DNA of 64,000 nucleotides from the IMG/VR virus record IMGVR_UViG_3300025789_001072, positions 32,001 through 96,000 of that record; one strand, written 5' to 3'. The notes beneath the pieces were generated by a model. It worked only from the letters and a program-made list of their open reading frames with translations. It did not search any database and was not told the DNA's origin. The stretch's first letter is position 1, and each line of letters starts with the position of its first letter. Positions 37,294-46,395 of this stretch are shown here, one piece after another. The DNA is from a virus. The translations under genes and the position numbers were made by a program.

Positions 37294-37401
37294 TCAATAT
37301 ATAAATGGATCACGCTTGCGCAATTCTTTGAGCAAACGACGACGCTTATACTTGTATATCATATCATCAACGATATTATAAATCCATTTAAAAATACGCA
37401 T
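37294..37401 (-). CDS. 35-aa peptide ending DPFIY
   Basis: MRIFKWIYNIVDDMIYKYKRRRLLKELRKRDPFIY; overlaps the upstream stop codon and fills the gap exactly. Confidence 0.6.
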   Translation of the reverse strand: MRIFKWIYNIVDDMIYKYKRRRLLKELRKRDPFIY

Positions 37402-38564
37402 TATAGAATCTTCCCCCAACTATTTTGACCAAGACATCTGTATATAGCCGTGCCATCACGCATGACAGCAATTTCGCCAGGTTCGCCAACTTGTTCTGGA
37501 ATACGATCTACAACATTTATTAACAACCCATTGAAACGTAATGGACCATTAATTTCTATTTTACCATCATTCTTTAATTTTAATTGGTTCTGATTATTTG
37601 TTCCAAGTATTAAATCAGTTGCACGGGTAGAACCAGCATACATTGTGCGTGGACTATGCTTTACTAGAGTGAATTCAGCATCTTCGTCCCATACCGATAA
37701 CGCACCAGCAGCACTTTCTGTATTGATACCAACCTTATTATTGGTAACTACCAGTGTTTCATGAATAATGGCTTGACCTTCAACACTCAATTCTTGTAGA
37801 TTTCCCAAACGACGTATGTTGCTGTTGATAATTTGTGGACCAAGTGTATCGTTACTCAATATTAATCTATCGCCATATACAACGTTGCGACCTGAAATAT
37901 CAATATCTTTCTTATTGCTTTGTGCAGTATAAACTGCAGCAGTTTCATCTGCAATGTTTTTTACAAATGTATCCAATCCAGCAATATGGAAATTTCCATC
38001 TACTGTGATATTTTTGAAGAATGCATTATCATCAATCAACAAGTTTTCAGCAGTAATGTTATTGGTTGTAACAATGCCATCATCAGTCACGACAAGTTGG
38101 GTTTTGCTTGCAGTATCGCTAATGCCCCTACTATTAAATTGTGGTATGATACCACTATCTAACTTTGCTGCTGGTAACTGTGCACCATCAAGATTTAAAC
38201 TGACGAATGGTATACTGCTATCTGGAAACTTAAATGTTGAGATTGCGCCATTTGCTGCTGCTTCTGCCTTGGTGTTTACAATACTTGTGATATCAAGCGT
38301 TCCTAGCAATTCACCAACTTTATTATGTCCAAGTGTCAGTAATTGGTCAGCAAGTATGTTGTTAACGAGTGCAGTGACTTCGCTCTCTAAATCACGTTTA
38401 TCTACAATTTGTGAGAATATCTTGCCTGTTAAATTGATAATAACATTGCTCACTTGCTTTTGTAAGTGTTCTGCAATGATTTCATCTAGGTTAATATTTT
38501 GAATATGCGACTCAATGCTTGCACGAACTGTGGCAGCAATTGTTTCTTCGATCTTTAAGTCCAC
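37401..38564 (-). CDS. hypothetical protein, probably virion structural
   Basis: helical N-half and beta-rich C-half with GNLQELSV/KVGINT fibre-like motifs. Confidence 0.65.
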   Translation of the reverse strand: MDLKIEETIAATVRASIESHIQNINLDEIIAEHLQKQVSNVIINLTGKIFSQIVDKRDLESEVTALVNNILADQLLTLGHNKVGELLGTLDITSIVNTKAEAAANGAISTFKFPDSSIPFVSLNLDGAQLPAAKLDSGIIPQFNSRGISDTASKTQLVVTDDGIVTTNNITAENLLIDDNAFFKNITVDGNFHIAGLDTFVKNIADETAAVYTAQSNKKDIDISGRNVVYGDRLILSNDTLGPQIINSNIRRLGNLQELSVEGQAIIHETLVVTNNKVGINTESAAGALSVWDEDAEFTLVKHSPRTMYAGSTRATDLILGTNNQNQLKLKNDGKIEINGPLRFNGLLINVVDRIPEQVGEPGEIAVMRDGTAIYRCLGQNSWGKIL

Positions 38565-38575
38565 GCCTGTTCCTT

Positions 38576-39271
38576 TTAAACAAAACGCACCGTGATGATG
38601 TGTTCATAGTTTCTTTTATAAAAACCACGATATAACAGATTCTTCTGTATCACATATTGTGTGCCTTGTAAGTCGCTGCAGTATTTTGCCAATTGTTTAA
38701 AATACATAGTGCGGCGAGGCGTTGGTCCTAGAACTGTTAAATCATTGTGGTTTTCTATAAAGTATATATAGTTTTCCCAGTTCTGCTTATTATTTCTGTC
38801 TAAAATATTTTCTTCAACAATAATAATGTTATTGCTGTTAGAAGCATCTACTTGACTGCGCTTATGCGGAGCATTGTTTTTATAATCTTGTAGCGTTGTA
38901 ATAAGATATCCACTCAAAACTTTTTTAATTTCGTCAAGCAAATCACGTTGTTCAATTTCACTGTCAGCATAGGTAAAGTATTCGTCAAGTGCAAGGCAAA
39001 CATCTACTGTGCCTACATCTGCAAGACTATCTACAAATTCGCTTTTACTTTGCCATGAATACTTGAGGCTTTGATCTGCGACGACTACGCAGTCATAGTG
39101 TTGTTCAAGCAACAACACGATTGGATTAAATGTTGGGAATAGTATTCTTTTTGGTTTAATACCAATATTAGTAAAAAGTTTATCAATTATCTCAAATTTG
39201 GCTTGAGCAATATCAAGCCACTTACTAATCTCTGCAATTTGTTGTGTTTTTGCCCAATAATCATTTAACAA
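38576..39271 (-). CDS. hypothetical protein (possible degenerate methyltransferase fold)
   Basis: 231-aa ORF, TTG start after GGAG RBS. Confidence 0.65.
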   Translation of the reverse strand: MLNDYWAKTQQIAEISKWLDIAQAKFEIIDKLFTNIGIKPKRILFPTFNPIVLLLEQHYDCVVVADQSLKYSWQSKSEFVDSLADVGTVDVCLALDEYFTYADSEIEQRDLLDEIKKVLSGYLITTLQDYKNNAPHKRSQVDASNSNNIIIVEENILDRNNKQNWENYIYFIENHNDLTVLGPTPRRTMYFKQLAKYCSDLQGTQYVIQKNLLYRGFYKRNYEHIITVRFV

Positions 39272-39273
39272 AA

Positions 39274-39310
39274 CATAAACTCCCCTAATTTATATTTAGG
39301 GGAGTTTATG
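39274..39310 (-). promoter_or_regulatory. 15-bp inverted repeat overlapping a TAAATA promoter and masking the RBS
   Basis: CATAAACTCCCCTAA-atataaa-TTAGGGGAGTTTATG. Confidence 0.7.
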
Positions 39311-39314
39311 ACAT

Positions 39315-39512
39315 TTACTTGATTAGGATGCCAAGTTCCCTCAAGTCTTCATATAGAGTATGGTCATTTGGAATGGTTTCGGTTCTACCTTCCTTGACAT
39401 TCTTGACAATCTTCTCAATGTCACCGGCAGGCAAGTCTGTACAACGCTTGAACGCAGCACGAACTTTTGACCACTCTGGCTTATCTTTATATCCCATGAT
39501 TAACATTGTCAT
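39315..39512 (-). CDS. hypothetical early protein
   Basis: 65-aa ORF behind a sigma70 promoter. Confidence 0.6.
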   Translation of the reverse strand: MTMLIMGYKDKPEWSKVRAAFKRCTDLPAGDIEKIVKNVKEGRTETIPNDHTLYEDLRELGILIK

Positions 39513-39535
39513 AACTCTCTTCTGTTTATTCTCTT

Positions 39536-39564
39536 AATATACTATATAGTTTGCGGGTTGTCAA
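39536..39564 (-). promoter_or_regulatory. sigma70-type early promoter
   Basis: TTGACA-N17-TATATT. Confidence 0.75.
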
Positions 39565-39571
39565 TAGTTTT

Positions 39572-39765
39572 TTAACGGGTGGGTTGCTATCCCCACGATG
39601 GTTTTAGGCTGGTCTACCATTTCGGGTTTCGTTTGTCTGACACAACTACCATTACCTTAAACAGGTCTCTCACCTGTGCAGTCCACTGATATTGGTATGC
39701 ATCCCTCACAGATGGTTTTTAGTTATACTCGCTCCAACCTTTTAGCACAGCCGTGCCGCCGTTAA
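39572..39765 (-). ncRNA. 194-nt structured RNA with a tRNA-like frame
   Basis: terminal stem TTAACGG/CCGTTAA, GCAC/GTGC arm, AGGTTGG/CCAGCCT helix, internal hairpins, GTGGG/CCCAC arm; no ORF. Confidence 0.7.
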
Positions 39766-39771
39766 AAATTG

Positions 39772-40581
39772 TTATGTCCATAAACCTTTTCTTATACGAA
39801 CAACAAGCATCAACATAGCAGTATCTTCTGCATCATATGCTGCTTCAATGTCATGCGTCTTATCTAATGCCACACGACCACGTGAACGTTCTTCTGGAGT
39901 TTCTTGGTCACGACTTTCAAAAATATGGTCATCTCCATACTTGTCACGCATATCATCACAATACTGGCTCCAACCACTTGCATCATGTGGGTCAGGACGC
40001 TTTGGACGATCAAACTTCCACCAGATATAAAGTTTCATTACATCCATAGCACGTTGTGCTTGGTCAGTAAGTTCGCCAAACTTTGCATCGCTTGGTTCCA
40101 TGCCCCATGATTCATCGTAAAACAATCCCATTTCCCATTTTAGGGATGCTAAACCAAGTTCAGGGCAACGACCGCTCTTCCACACAGCAGTCTTGCTTGC
40201 CTCAGTGTTTAACCAACGACTTTTCCATGCTGCTTCTTTTTCAACATAGTCAACAATACCTTGCATGATGCCATGAAGAATACGCTCATCTAAATCATGA
40301 TATTCGCCAACAGGCAATCCTGTTGGAAGAACATGGGTTTGACGCCAGAAACGATTGCGCAGATAATAACGAACATTGTCAATATGACCAACCGTATTGC
40401 GATCAATCTTATCTACGATACGAGGAAAGGTTTCAGTTACCCAATAGCCGATAGGATGTGCGGCTTTAGTCTCACGCTTCCACACTGACCAAGCACCCCA
40501 TTCAAGAGCCACTGGTTTTTCAATCTTAAATTTTTTACGAAGCCAATAGACTATTTTAGTTTCTGACCAATAACGTGACAT
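39772..40581 (-). CDS. conserved phage hypothetical protein
   Basis: 269-aa Trp-rich ORF with AAGGA RBS. Confidence 0.75.
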   Translation of the reverse strand: MSRYWSETKIVYWLRKKFKIEKPVALEWGAWSVWKRETKAAHPIGYWVTETFPRIVDKIDRNTVGHIDNVRYYLRNRFWRQTHVLPTGLPVGEYHDLDERILHGIMQGIVDYVEKEAAWKSRWLNTEASKTAVWKSGRCPELGLASLKWEMGLFYDESWGMEPSDAKFGELTDQAQRAMDVMKLYIWWKFDRPKRPDPHDASGWSQYCDDMRDKYGDDHIFESRDQETPEERSRGRVALDKTHDIEAAYDAEDTAMLMLVVRIRKGLWT

Positions 40582-40598
40582 GACATATCCTTGAAAAA

Positions 40599-40672
40599 TG
40601 GTGCTCCCACCTAGAATCGAACTAGGAATTGAGGTTTACAAAACCACTGTTATACCACTTAACTATAAGAGC
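40599..40672 (-). tRNA. tRNA-Thr(TGT)
   Basis: GCTCTTA/TGGGAGC acceptor, TTTGTAA anticodon loop, ACCA end. Confidence 0.93.
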
Positions 40673-40673
40673 G

Positions 40674-41033
40674 TTATTCTTTAGGAACGGTGTGCTTTAC
40701 GCCATCCCATATTCTATTTACTTTAGCAGATTCTACACAAAAGTCAATAACTAAATTATAAAATTCGTCTAATTCACCACCAAATTGTCCAAGCAACATG
40801 GTAACAAGTTCTTGTGTTTTTTGCCAATCACCACTCTTATAAGCAGCAATCATCTCTACGTGAAGTTCACGCATAAATGAAAGCGTGGTAATATCTTGAA
40901 CATTAGTAATTTCAACGACTGCAAATAGTTTTATTGGTTTTTCTAAACCAGGTTGCATAATAGTATCTAACTCTAGTACTGTGTATTTTTCAGCAAGTTG
41001 TTGGGCTAATTTTTCATCAAAAATAATATTCAT
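40674..41033 (-). CDS. stand-alone homologue of the adenylate cyclase C-terminal region
   Basis: aligns by eye to the last ~120 aa of the protein at 18872-20923 (LD.I, H..M...Y, L.G.F.G..D..Y, WDGV). Confidence 0.7.
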   Translation of the reverse strand: MNIIFDEKLAQQLAEKYTVLELDTIMQPGLEKPIKLFAVVEITNVQDITTLSFMRELHVEMIAAYKSGDWQKTQELVTMLLGQFGGELDEFYNLVIDFCVESAKVNRIWDGVKHTVPKE

Positions 41034-41096
41034 AACATTATATAGGCTAATTATTATTGGAATATAAAAAAATGCAGTTTGATTTATATTGTCATA

Positions 41097-42212
41097 TTAT
41101 GATTGAGTATCAAACAAGTAATTTGCAAACTCTTCTGGAAAAAGTAAATGACTATGGGTATTTCTAAACCTATCAAGCGTTTTTAACTTGGATGCACACT
41201 CTTTTAATACATTACTGTCACCATTTCTATTCAATTTGTTAATTACGCTAATAAAATTTAAATTTTTTCCTATAGTTGTTATTATTTGGTTTTTAAAATT
41301 TTCAGGTAAATTCTTAATGTTATAATAATTTGGTTCTTCAAGAAAATTAAAATTTACTTTTTTTGTTAAATCTTTCCTTAAAGAATGAAAATCTTTTTCT
41401 ATATTGAAAATATTCAGTATACTAACTGTATAATTAATTGATATAATAATATTACTAAATTTTTTTACATTATTGATATTATTTAAAATATCTACCCATT
41501 TTGCTGGCCATCTAATTATTTCAAAATTCTCTTCAACACCATCAATACTAAATTGAATATCAACTAACTTAAATGTACTCAATTGTACTAATAATGTGTC
41601 ATCAAAAATTGTTCCATTAGTATAAAAATTTAAAGTTATATTTTTAGAAAAGTTTTTTTCGACTAACCAAGATAAAATATTTTTTAATTTTTTAGAATAA
41701 AATGGTTCGCCACCATATAGCACAAGTGTTTCTACATTTTCCCAAAGTTTTTCATCTAATAACCAATCATAATTGTCTTGTTTATTTTTTTTAACAATAG
41801 GTTTATTATACATTCTTGCATCTTCACTTGCCCATCTACTACTTGAATTAGCATCGCAAGTAATACATGCAATATTGCATACATTATCTAATCGCAATTC
41901 TAAATGTTTTAAGACAAATTTATTATTAGATATAATACTTTGATCAGGTTTATGAAAATATTCTAATCTATGACTGGTTGAATTTAATTCTTCAACTTTT
42001 TTACAATGTTCACATCCACTCGACCATTGATTTTTTAAATTATCTTCTCTAATGGTTTGATGAAAATCTTCTATGTTATTATATTTTGTATTTTTATTAA
42101 AATAACAACATGGTCTATAAATCTTGTTATCTATATCAATATATAGTTCAGTAAACGCACGGAAACATAGAATATTTTCAAATTTGTTCATATATTTAAT
42201 TATCATGATCAC
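41097..42212 (-). CDS. radical SAM protein with N-terminal twitch/SPASM-like domain
   Basis: CNIACITC, GGEP, YTNGT and FSIDG motifs; N-terminal PCC...CEHC. Confidence 0.9.
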   Translation of the reverse strand: MIMIIKYMNKFENILCFRAFTELYIDIDNKIYRPCCYFNKNTKYNNIEDFHQTIREDNLKNQWSSGCEHCKKVEELNSTSHRLEYFHKPDQSIISNNKFVLKHLELRLDNVCNIACITCDANSSSRWASEDARMYNKPIVKKNKQDNYDWLLDEKLWENVETLVLYGGEPFYSKKLKNILSWLVEKNFSKNITLNFYTNGTIFDDTLLVQLSTFKLVDIQFSIDGVEENFEIIRWPAKWVDILNNINNVKKFSNIIISINYTVSILNIFNIEKDFHSLRKDLTKKVNFNFLEEPNYYNIKNLPENFKNQIITTIGKNLNFISVINKLNRNGDSNVLKECASKLKTLDRFRNTHSHLLFPEEFANYLFDTQS

Positions 42213-42301
42213 ATAATTCTTAAATAAAATTAAAAAAAATTATCAGATTTATATTGTCATAGTAAATACTTTTATGATAAAAAAATTGAAATTAATGCAT
42301 A

Positions 42302-43078
42302 ATGCATTTTGATTTATACAGTGATTTACATGATAATTGGTGGTCTAAGGATAAGTTATTAAACTATCGTGGGCTAGGAACTAGTCTTGTGGCAGTTGTT
42401 GCTGGTGATATTAGCAGTGATTGGGATTACACCTATGCTACGCTAGTTGAGATAGCACGTTGTTATCGTCATGTTATTTTCGTAGACGGTAATCATGAGC
42501 ATAACCATCAAATGGATATTGAGGCTAACTGCGCTGCATTTCAAGCAAAGTTGCGTAATCATAGTAACATAACCTATTTGTATAGATCATGTCTTGTGCT
42601 TGATGATACTGCTTTTGTTGGATGCAATGGTTGGTGGACATTTGATTTTTGCCAACCAGAAATTAGCACGGCAGATTGTTGGAATAACTTAATTGACTCA
42701 ACCTATAGTGAGAAATTGTTAAGCGAAATATTCATCACTGCCAAGATGGATGCCAAGATACTGTATGAACAAATAGAAACATTCAATGATGATCCACGAA
42801 TTAATAACATAGTAGTAGTTACACATACTGCACCACTACATAAATTCAGATACATCAATCCAGATATGCCACAATATCATATGGGACGCACCGGCAATAG
42901 TCTAATGAACTTATCACTCAATGCCAACACCAATAAAAAGATAAGCACATGGTGCTTTGGTCATGTGCATACCGCATACGATGAAGTAATTGACGGTATC
43001 AGATATGTTTGCAACCCACGTGGACGTGAGGAAGAAAATATCGGTACAGTATATTTCCCAAAACTTATTGAAGTTTAA
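42302..43078 (+). CDS. calcineurin-like metallophosphoesterase
   Basis: SDLH, AGDI, GNHE, THTAP, FGHVH and NPRG motifs. Confidence 0.88.
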   Translation: MHFDLYSDLHDNWWSKDKLLNYRGLGTSLVAVVAGDISSDWDYTYATLVEIARCYRHVIFVDGNHEHNHQMDIEANCAAFQAKLRNHSNITYLYRSCLVLDDTAFVGCNGWWTFDFCQPEISTADCWNNLIDSTYSEKLLSEIFITAKMDAKILYEQIETFNDDPRINNIVVVTHTAPLHKFRYINPDMPQYHMGRTGNSLMNLSLNANTNKKISTWCFGHVHTAYDEVIDGIRYVCNPRGREEENIGTVYFPKLIEV

Positions 43079-43398
43079 GCAACAGGTTCAAGTTTTACAT
43101 TAAGTGGAAAACTGTTTGTACGAGCAAGTAACGTTGCTTCTACTGCTTTGCTTTCTGCAATTTCAAATGGTAAAACTGCAACAGCAGCCTGTCCTTGCTC
43201 ATGAATCTTTATGGTCAAGTCTGTTGCGCTATCTTCATTATGATCAAATATTTCCATAAGAACCGCCATAACAAATTGTACGGTAGTTATATCGTCGTTC
43301 ATAAAGACAACTTGAAAACTTGGCGGCGGCGTAAGATCAATGCGTGGTGCAATCTTAACTTTGGTTGTTGTTGCGGTGTCTGTGCTCATTTTGCTCAT
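43075..43398 (-). CDS. clpS: ATP-dependent Clp protease adaptor ClpS
   Basis: VVFMNDDITTVQFV, IHEQG, EIAESK and FPL motifs. Confidence 0.92.
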   Translation of the reverse strand: MSKMSTDTATTTKVKIAPRIDLTPPPSFQVVFMNDDITTVQFVMAVLMEIFDHNEDSATDLTIKIHEQGQAAVAVLPFEIAESKAVEATLLARTNSFPLNVKLEPVA

Positions 43399-43410
43399 CT
43401 TCTATTATTT

Positions 43411-43439
43411 ACACGGCGGGACAATTCCCGCCGTGTTTT
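43411..43439. terminator. GC-rich hairpin/terminator between hsp20 and clpS
   Basis: ACACGGCGGGA-caat-TCCCGCCGTGT followed by TTT. Confidence 0.7.
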
Positions 43440-43451
43440 GTTGCTATTATA

Positions 43452-43889
43452 TTACTTGGTTACTGGAATTTTCTTTGGCTTCTTTTCGTCTGGAACAACA
43501 TGTTCTAGTGATACGATAAGCAAGCCATTCTTAACCTTTGCAGCATTTACCACAACATCGTCACTTAGTGAGAATGTGCGAATAAACTTGCGAGCAGCAA
43601 TGCCACGGTGAAGATACTCATTGGTATCCTCGTCGGTGTTTTCGCCAGTGATAACCAATTGATTATCAGTTAGGGTGATATCAATATCTTTTTCAGAAAA
43701 ACCACTTACGGCAATCTGAATTTCATAATTGGTTTCATCGTTGCGGATGATATTGTATGGTGGATAATTCTGTTGAACATTGATAGTGTTTACACGCAGC
43801 ATATCATCTAGGATACGATCAAACCCAATAGTGGTACGGTGAAGGTTATCAAATAATTTTTGGTCAAAGACCTGTAGAAGGTTACTCAT
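43452..43889 (-). CDS. small heat-shock protein Hsp20 (IbpA-like)
   Basis: IGFD, NYPPYNI, AVSGF, YLHRGIA and NGLL motifs. Confidence 0.95.
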   Translation of the reverse strand: MSNLLQVFDQKLFDNLHRTTIGFDRILDDMLRVNTINVQQNYPPYNIIRNDETNYEIQIAVSGFSEKDIDITLTDNQLVITGENTDEDTNEYLHRGIAARKFIRTFSLSDDVVVNAAKVKNGLLIVSLEHVVPDEKKPKKIPVTK

Positions 43890-43950
43890 GCTTGTTTCTC
43901 CTTTTTAAAGCGAGTATACTGTAGACGACCCATCATTGGCATCGTCTACA
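43887..43950 (-). promoter_or_regulatory. ROSE-like RNA thermometer
   Basis: 5' hairpin TGTAGACGA/TCGTCTACA, then CTC-G-CTT pairing with the AAGGAG SD with a bulged G, upstream of an sHsp gene. Confidence 0.65.
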
Positions 43951-43963
43951 TATATTTAGTAAT

Positions 43964-44578
43964 TCACACATCATTTGTCAAGGGTTTATTTTGAATTATT
44001 TTTTTACAAAGATTTATAAAATAATCTTGCATAAAATTAGCTTTCATATGATTTATATCTTTATGCACAATTTGTATGTTACTTGTTTTATATCCAATAG
44101 AATTATTAATTCTATCAATAGATGCTGTTCTATTATGGAAATCAATTTCTAATCCTGACAACGCACACTTTTTATTCTGTTTAATATAAAGATTCCAAAC
44201 ATCTTGCATCGTTATTTCAAAGACATAATTTCTATCTTTTGCTTGTTTTTGTATTCGTGCCCAATATGTGCCAGTAATTTGTTCATAGCCTTTAAAATTA
44301 TTTGGTCTTGGATTTTTCTTGCATCCACAATTTCTTACACCGTCTCTTCTTGATATTTGATTAGCAGTTCTTTCAATAAGATTTCCGCACACACATTCAC
44401 ATATCCACTTTGCAGGTTTAATACCTATTTCGGTCAATCTTTCCTTAACAATTAAATCACCAACTCTATATCCAATATCAATTTTTGCATTTACGGGTTT
44501 TAATCCTTTAACTTTTTTTCCATTTTGTCTGCTTCTTTCTTTGTGCAGTTCGCTTCTTTCAAATATTCCTTTTGGCAT
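43964..44578 (-). CDS. HNH-type homing endonuclease-like protein
   Basis: WICECVCG, NCGC, CALSG and SIDRINNSIGY...NIQ...INHMK motifs. Confidence 0.8.
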   Translation of the reverse strand: MPKGIFERSELHKERSRQNGKKVKGLKPVNAKIDIGYRVGDLIVKERLTEIGIKPAKWICECVCGNLIERTANQISRRDGVRNCGCKKNPRPNNFKGYEQITGTYWARIQKQAKDRNYVFEITMQDVWNLYIKQNKKCALSGLEIDFHNRTASIDRINNSIGYKTSNIQIVHKDINHMKANFMQDYFINLCKKIIQNKPLTNDV

Positions 44579-44588
44579 TTTTATTTCC

Positions 44589-44634
44589 TTTTAGGTGGTG
44601 TGTATTATATTTATTTATCACACACCACCTAAAA
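44589..44634 (-). promoter_or_regulatory. 14-bp inverted repeat enclosing a TAAATA promoter, abutting the RBS of the HNH gene
   Basis: TTTTAGGTGGTGTG-tgataaataaatataata-CACACCACCTAAAA followed by GGA. Confidence 0.7.
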
Positions 44635-44636
44635 TA

Positions 44637-45740
44637 TTATTTTTCATAAATTTTATTAACTTGATTATTAACCAACACAAATGTTGTGCGTTTAGATAGT
44701 TCTTTCAGCGACTTGCTGCCCGTATAAGTTAGAGTGCTTCTTATTCCACCAAGAATGTCTTGTAGGGTATCGCCAACATCACCACGATACGGCACAGCAA
44801 CTTCTTTGCCTTCTGCAGCACGATATGATTTCAATCCACCACTGTGCTTGTCATTGGCAGACTTTGAACTCATACCATAGAATTTGACAAACTGTTTAGT
44901 CGTAAAGATATCATCAGGAGTGCCATCATCTTGTATCCATACTTGATTACTGCGTGTCATTTGTGATACAATTTTGCCACCACCCTGATCATGTCCTGAC
45001 AACATTCCTCCTAACATTACAAAGTCTGCACCAGCCCCAAAAGCCTTAGACACATCGCCAGGACAAACGCAACCCCCATCACTAATGATATGTCCACCAA
45101 GCCCATGAGCAGCATCAGCACACTCAATAATAGCACTAAGCTGTGGATAACCAACACCCGTTTTGAGACGAGTAGTACAGACACTGCCAGGACCAATACC
45201 AACTTTAATAATATCTGCTCCACTCAGTATCAACTCCTCTGTCATATCACCAGTTACTACATTGCCAGCAATGATAATTAGATCAGGATTTTCCATACGG
45301 AACCGTTTAACAAACTCTACAAATCGTTCTGTATAACCATTGGCAACATCAATACAAACAAACTTGATGTTATCCTTTGGCAACTTGCTTACAACAAGTT
45401 TGAACTTTTCGTATTCTTCATCTTTAATACCAAGTCCATAAGCCCAATATTCTTGAATATTAAATCCAGTGCGACCAATCCATAACACAAGTTCTTCTGT
45501 GGTATAATTCTTGCGCAAACATGTGAACATCTTATAAGTGGCAAGTTTTTCTGCCATCTCAAATGTTCCAACACCATCCATATTTGCCGCCATAATTCCT
45601 ACACCAGACCAATAACGATGACTATTACGAAATGTAAAAGTTCGTTCTAGCGACACTTCCTCACGACTCGTTAGTGTGGACCGTTTAGGCAAGATTAGAA
45701 CGTCGGAGAAATCCAACTTTTGATCGTTGATTATACGCAT
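44637..45740 (-). CDS. guaC: GMP reductase
   Basis: [36 protein letters not shown] and FYGMSS motifs. Confidence 0.95.
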   Translation of the reverse strand: MRIINDQKLDFSDVLILPKRSTLTSREEVSLERTFTFRNSHRYWSGVGIMAANMDGVGTFEMAEKLATYKMFTCLRKNYTTEELVLWIGRTGFNIQEYWAYGLGIKDEEYEKFKLVVSKLPKDNIKFVCIDVANGYTERFVEFVKRFRMENPDLIIIAGNVVTGDMTEELILSGADIIKVGIGPGSVCTTRLKTGVGYPQLSAIIECADAAHGLGGHIISDGGCVCPGDVSKAFGAGADFVMLGGMLSGHDQGGGKIVSQMTRSNQVWIQDDGTPDDIFTTKQFVKFYGMSSKSANDKHSGGLKSYRAAEGKEVAVPYRGDVGDTLQDILGGIRSTLTYTGSKSLKELSKRTTFVLVNNQVNKIYEK

Positions 45741-45764
45741 TTTAAACCTATTGGTTAGAGTTGA

Positions 45765-46013
45765 TTAATTAGCAACGCCGCTAGCACGAAGTTCTTTCAA
45801 CTTCTTCTGCCAACGTTTCTGTGCACGAGCCTTTGACTTCTTACGTTTCATGCTTGGCGTTTCAAAACGCTCACGTTCACGCAACATCTGGTGAATACCA
45901 TCTTGCTGCAACAACTTCTTCATCTTACGAAGTGCCTTGGTGACATCGCCATTATGAACTTCTACAAAAAGTCCTTTCTGACGAACATTTTCTAATTCTG
46001 GAGTATTACTCAT
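45765..46013 (-). CDS. rpsU: ribosomal protein bS21
   Basis: VEVHNGDVTKALRKMKK...RERFETPS.KRK. Confidence 0.88.
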   Translation of the reverse strand: MSNTPELENVRQKGLFVEVHNGDVTKALRKMKKLLQQDGIHQMLRERERFETPSMKRKKSKARAQKRWQKKLKELRASGVAN

Positions 46014-46395
46014 TATTTTCCTCTTTTAAGTAATTATTATATTGTAGCAGCAACCAAGAATAAATGTCAAATACATTTTTATGTGTGGCTGCACCTAATT
46101 CATTTTGCCCTAATGCCCAAGTAGTACGCTGTGCAAGTAGCCAACCTTTAAGCAATTCTTTACTACCACTAAATCTGCAATTTATTAGAGTAGCATAGGC
46201 GTGTTTGTGGGCATTTATGCACCATATATCACTTTCATCTTTGCTACCATATAAAAAAATTGTAATTGGAAACTGTAGTTCTTTTATGGCGTGTGATAGT
46301 TTTTCAACATCCGACCATTCAACATCAACCAGCAATATCTTAAACCTAGCATCAAGGTCTAAATCTGGTGCGGTTACTATTCTGCTATCATTCAT
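46006..46395 (-). CDS. hypothetical protein
   Basis: 129-aa ORF overlapping the rpsU start. Confidence 0.65.
   Translation of the reverse strand: MNDSRIVTAPDLDLDARFKILLVDVEWSDVEKLSHAIKELQFPITIFLYGSKDESDIWCINAHKHAYATLINCRFSGSKELLKGWLLAQRTTWALGQNELGAATHKNVFDIYSWLLLQYNNYLKEENNE

Noticed and set aside
39315-39512. Ribosomal bL12 C-terminal-like domain
   Set aside because: Only a faint helical resemblance; key conserved residues not convincing without an HMM search
42302-43078. cAMP phosphodiesterase partner of the cyclase
   Set aside because: Generic calcineurin-like motifs, 21 kb away; substrate cannot be inferred
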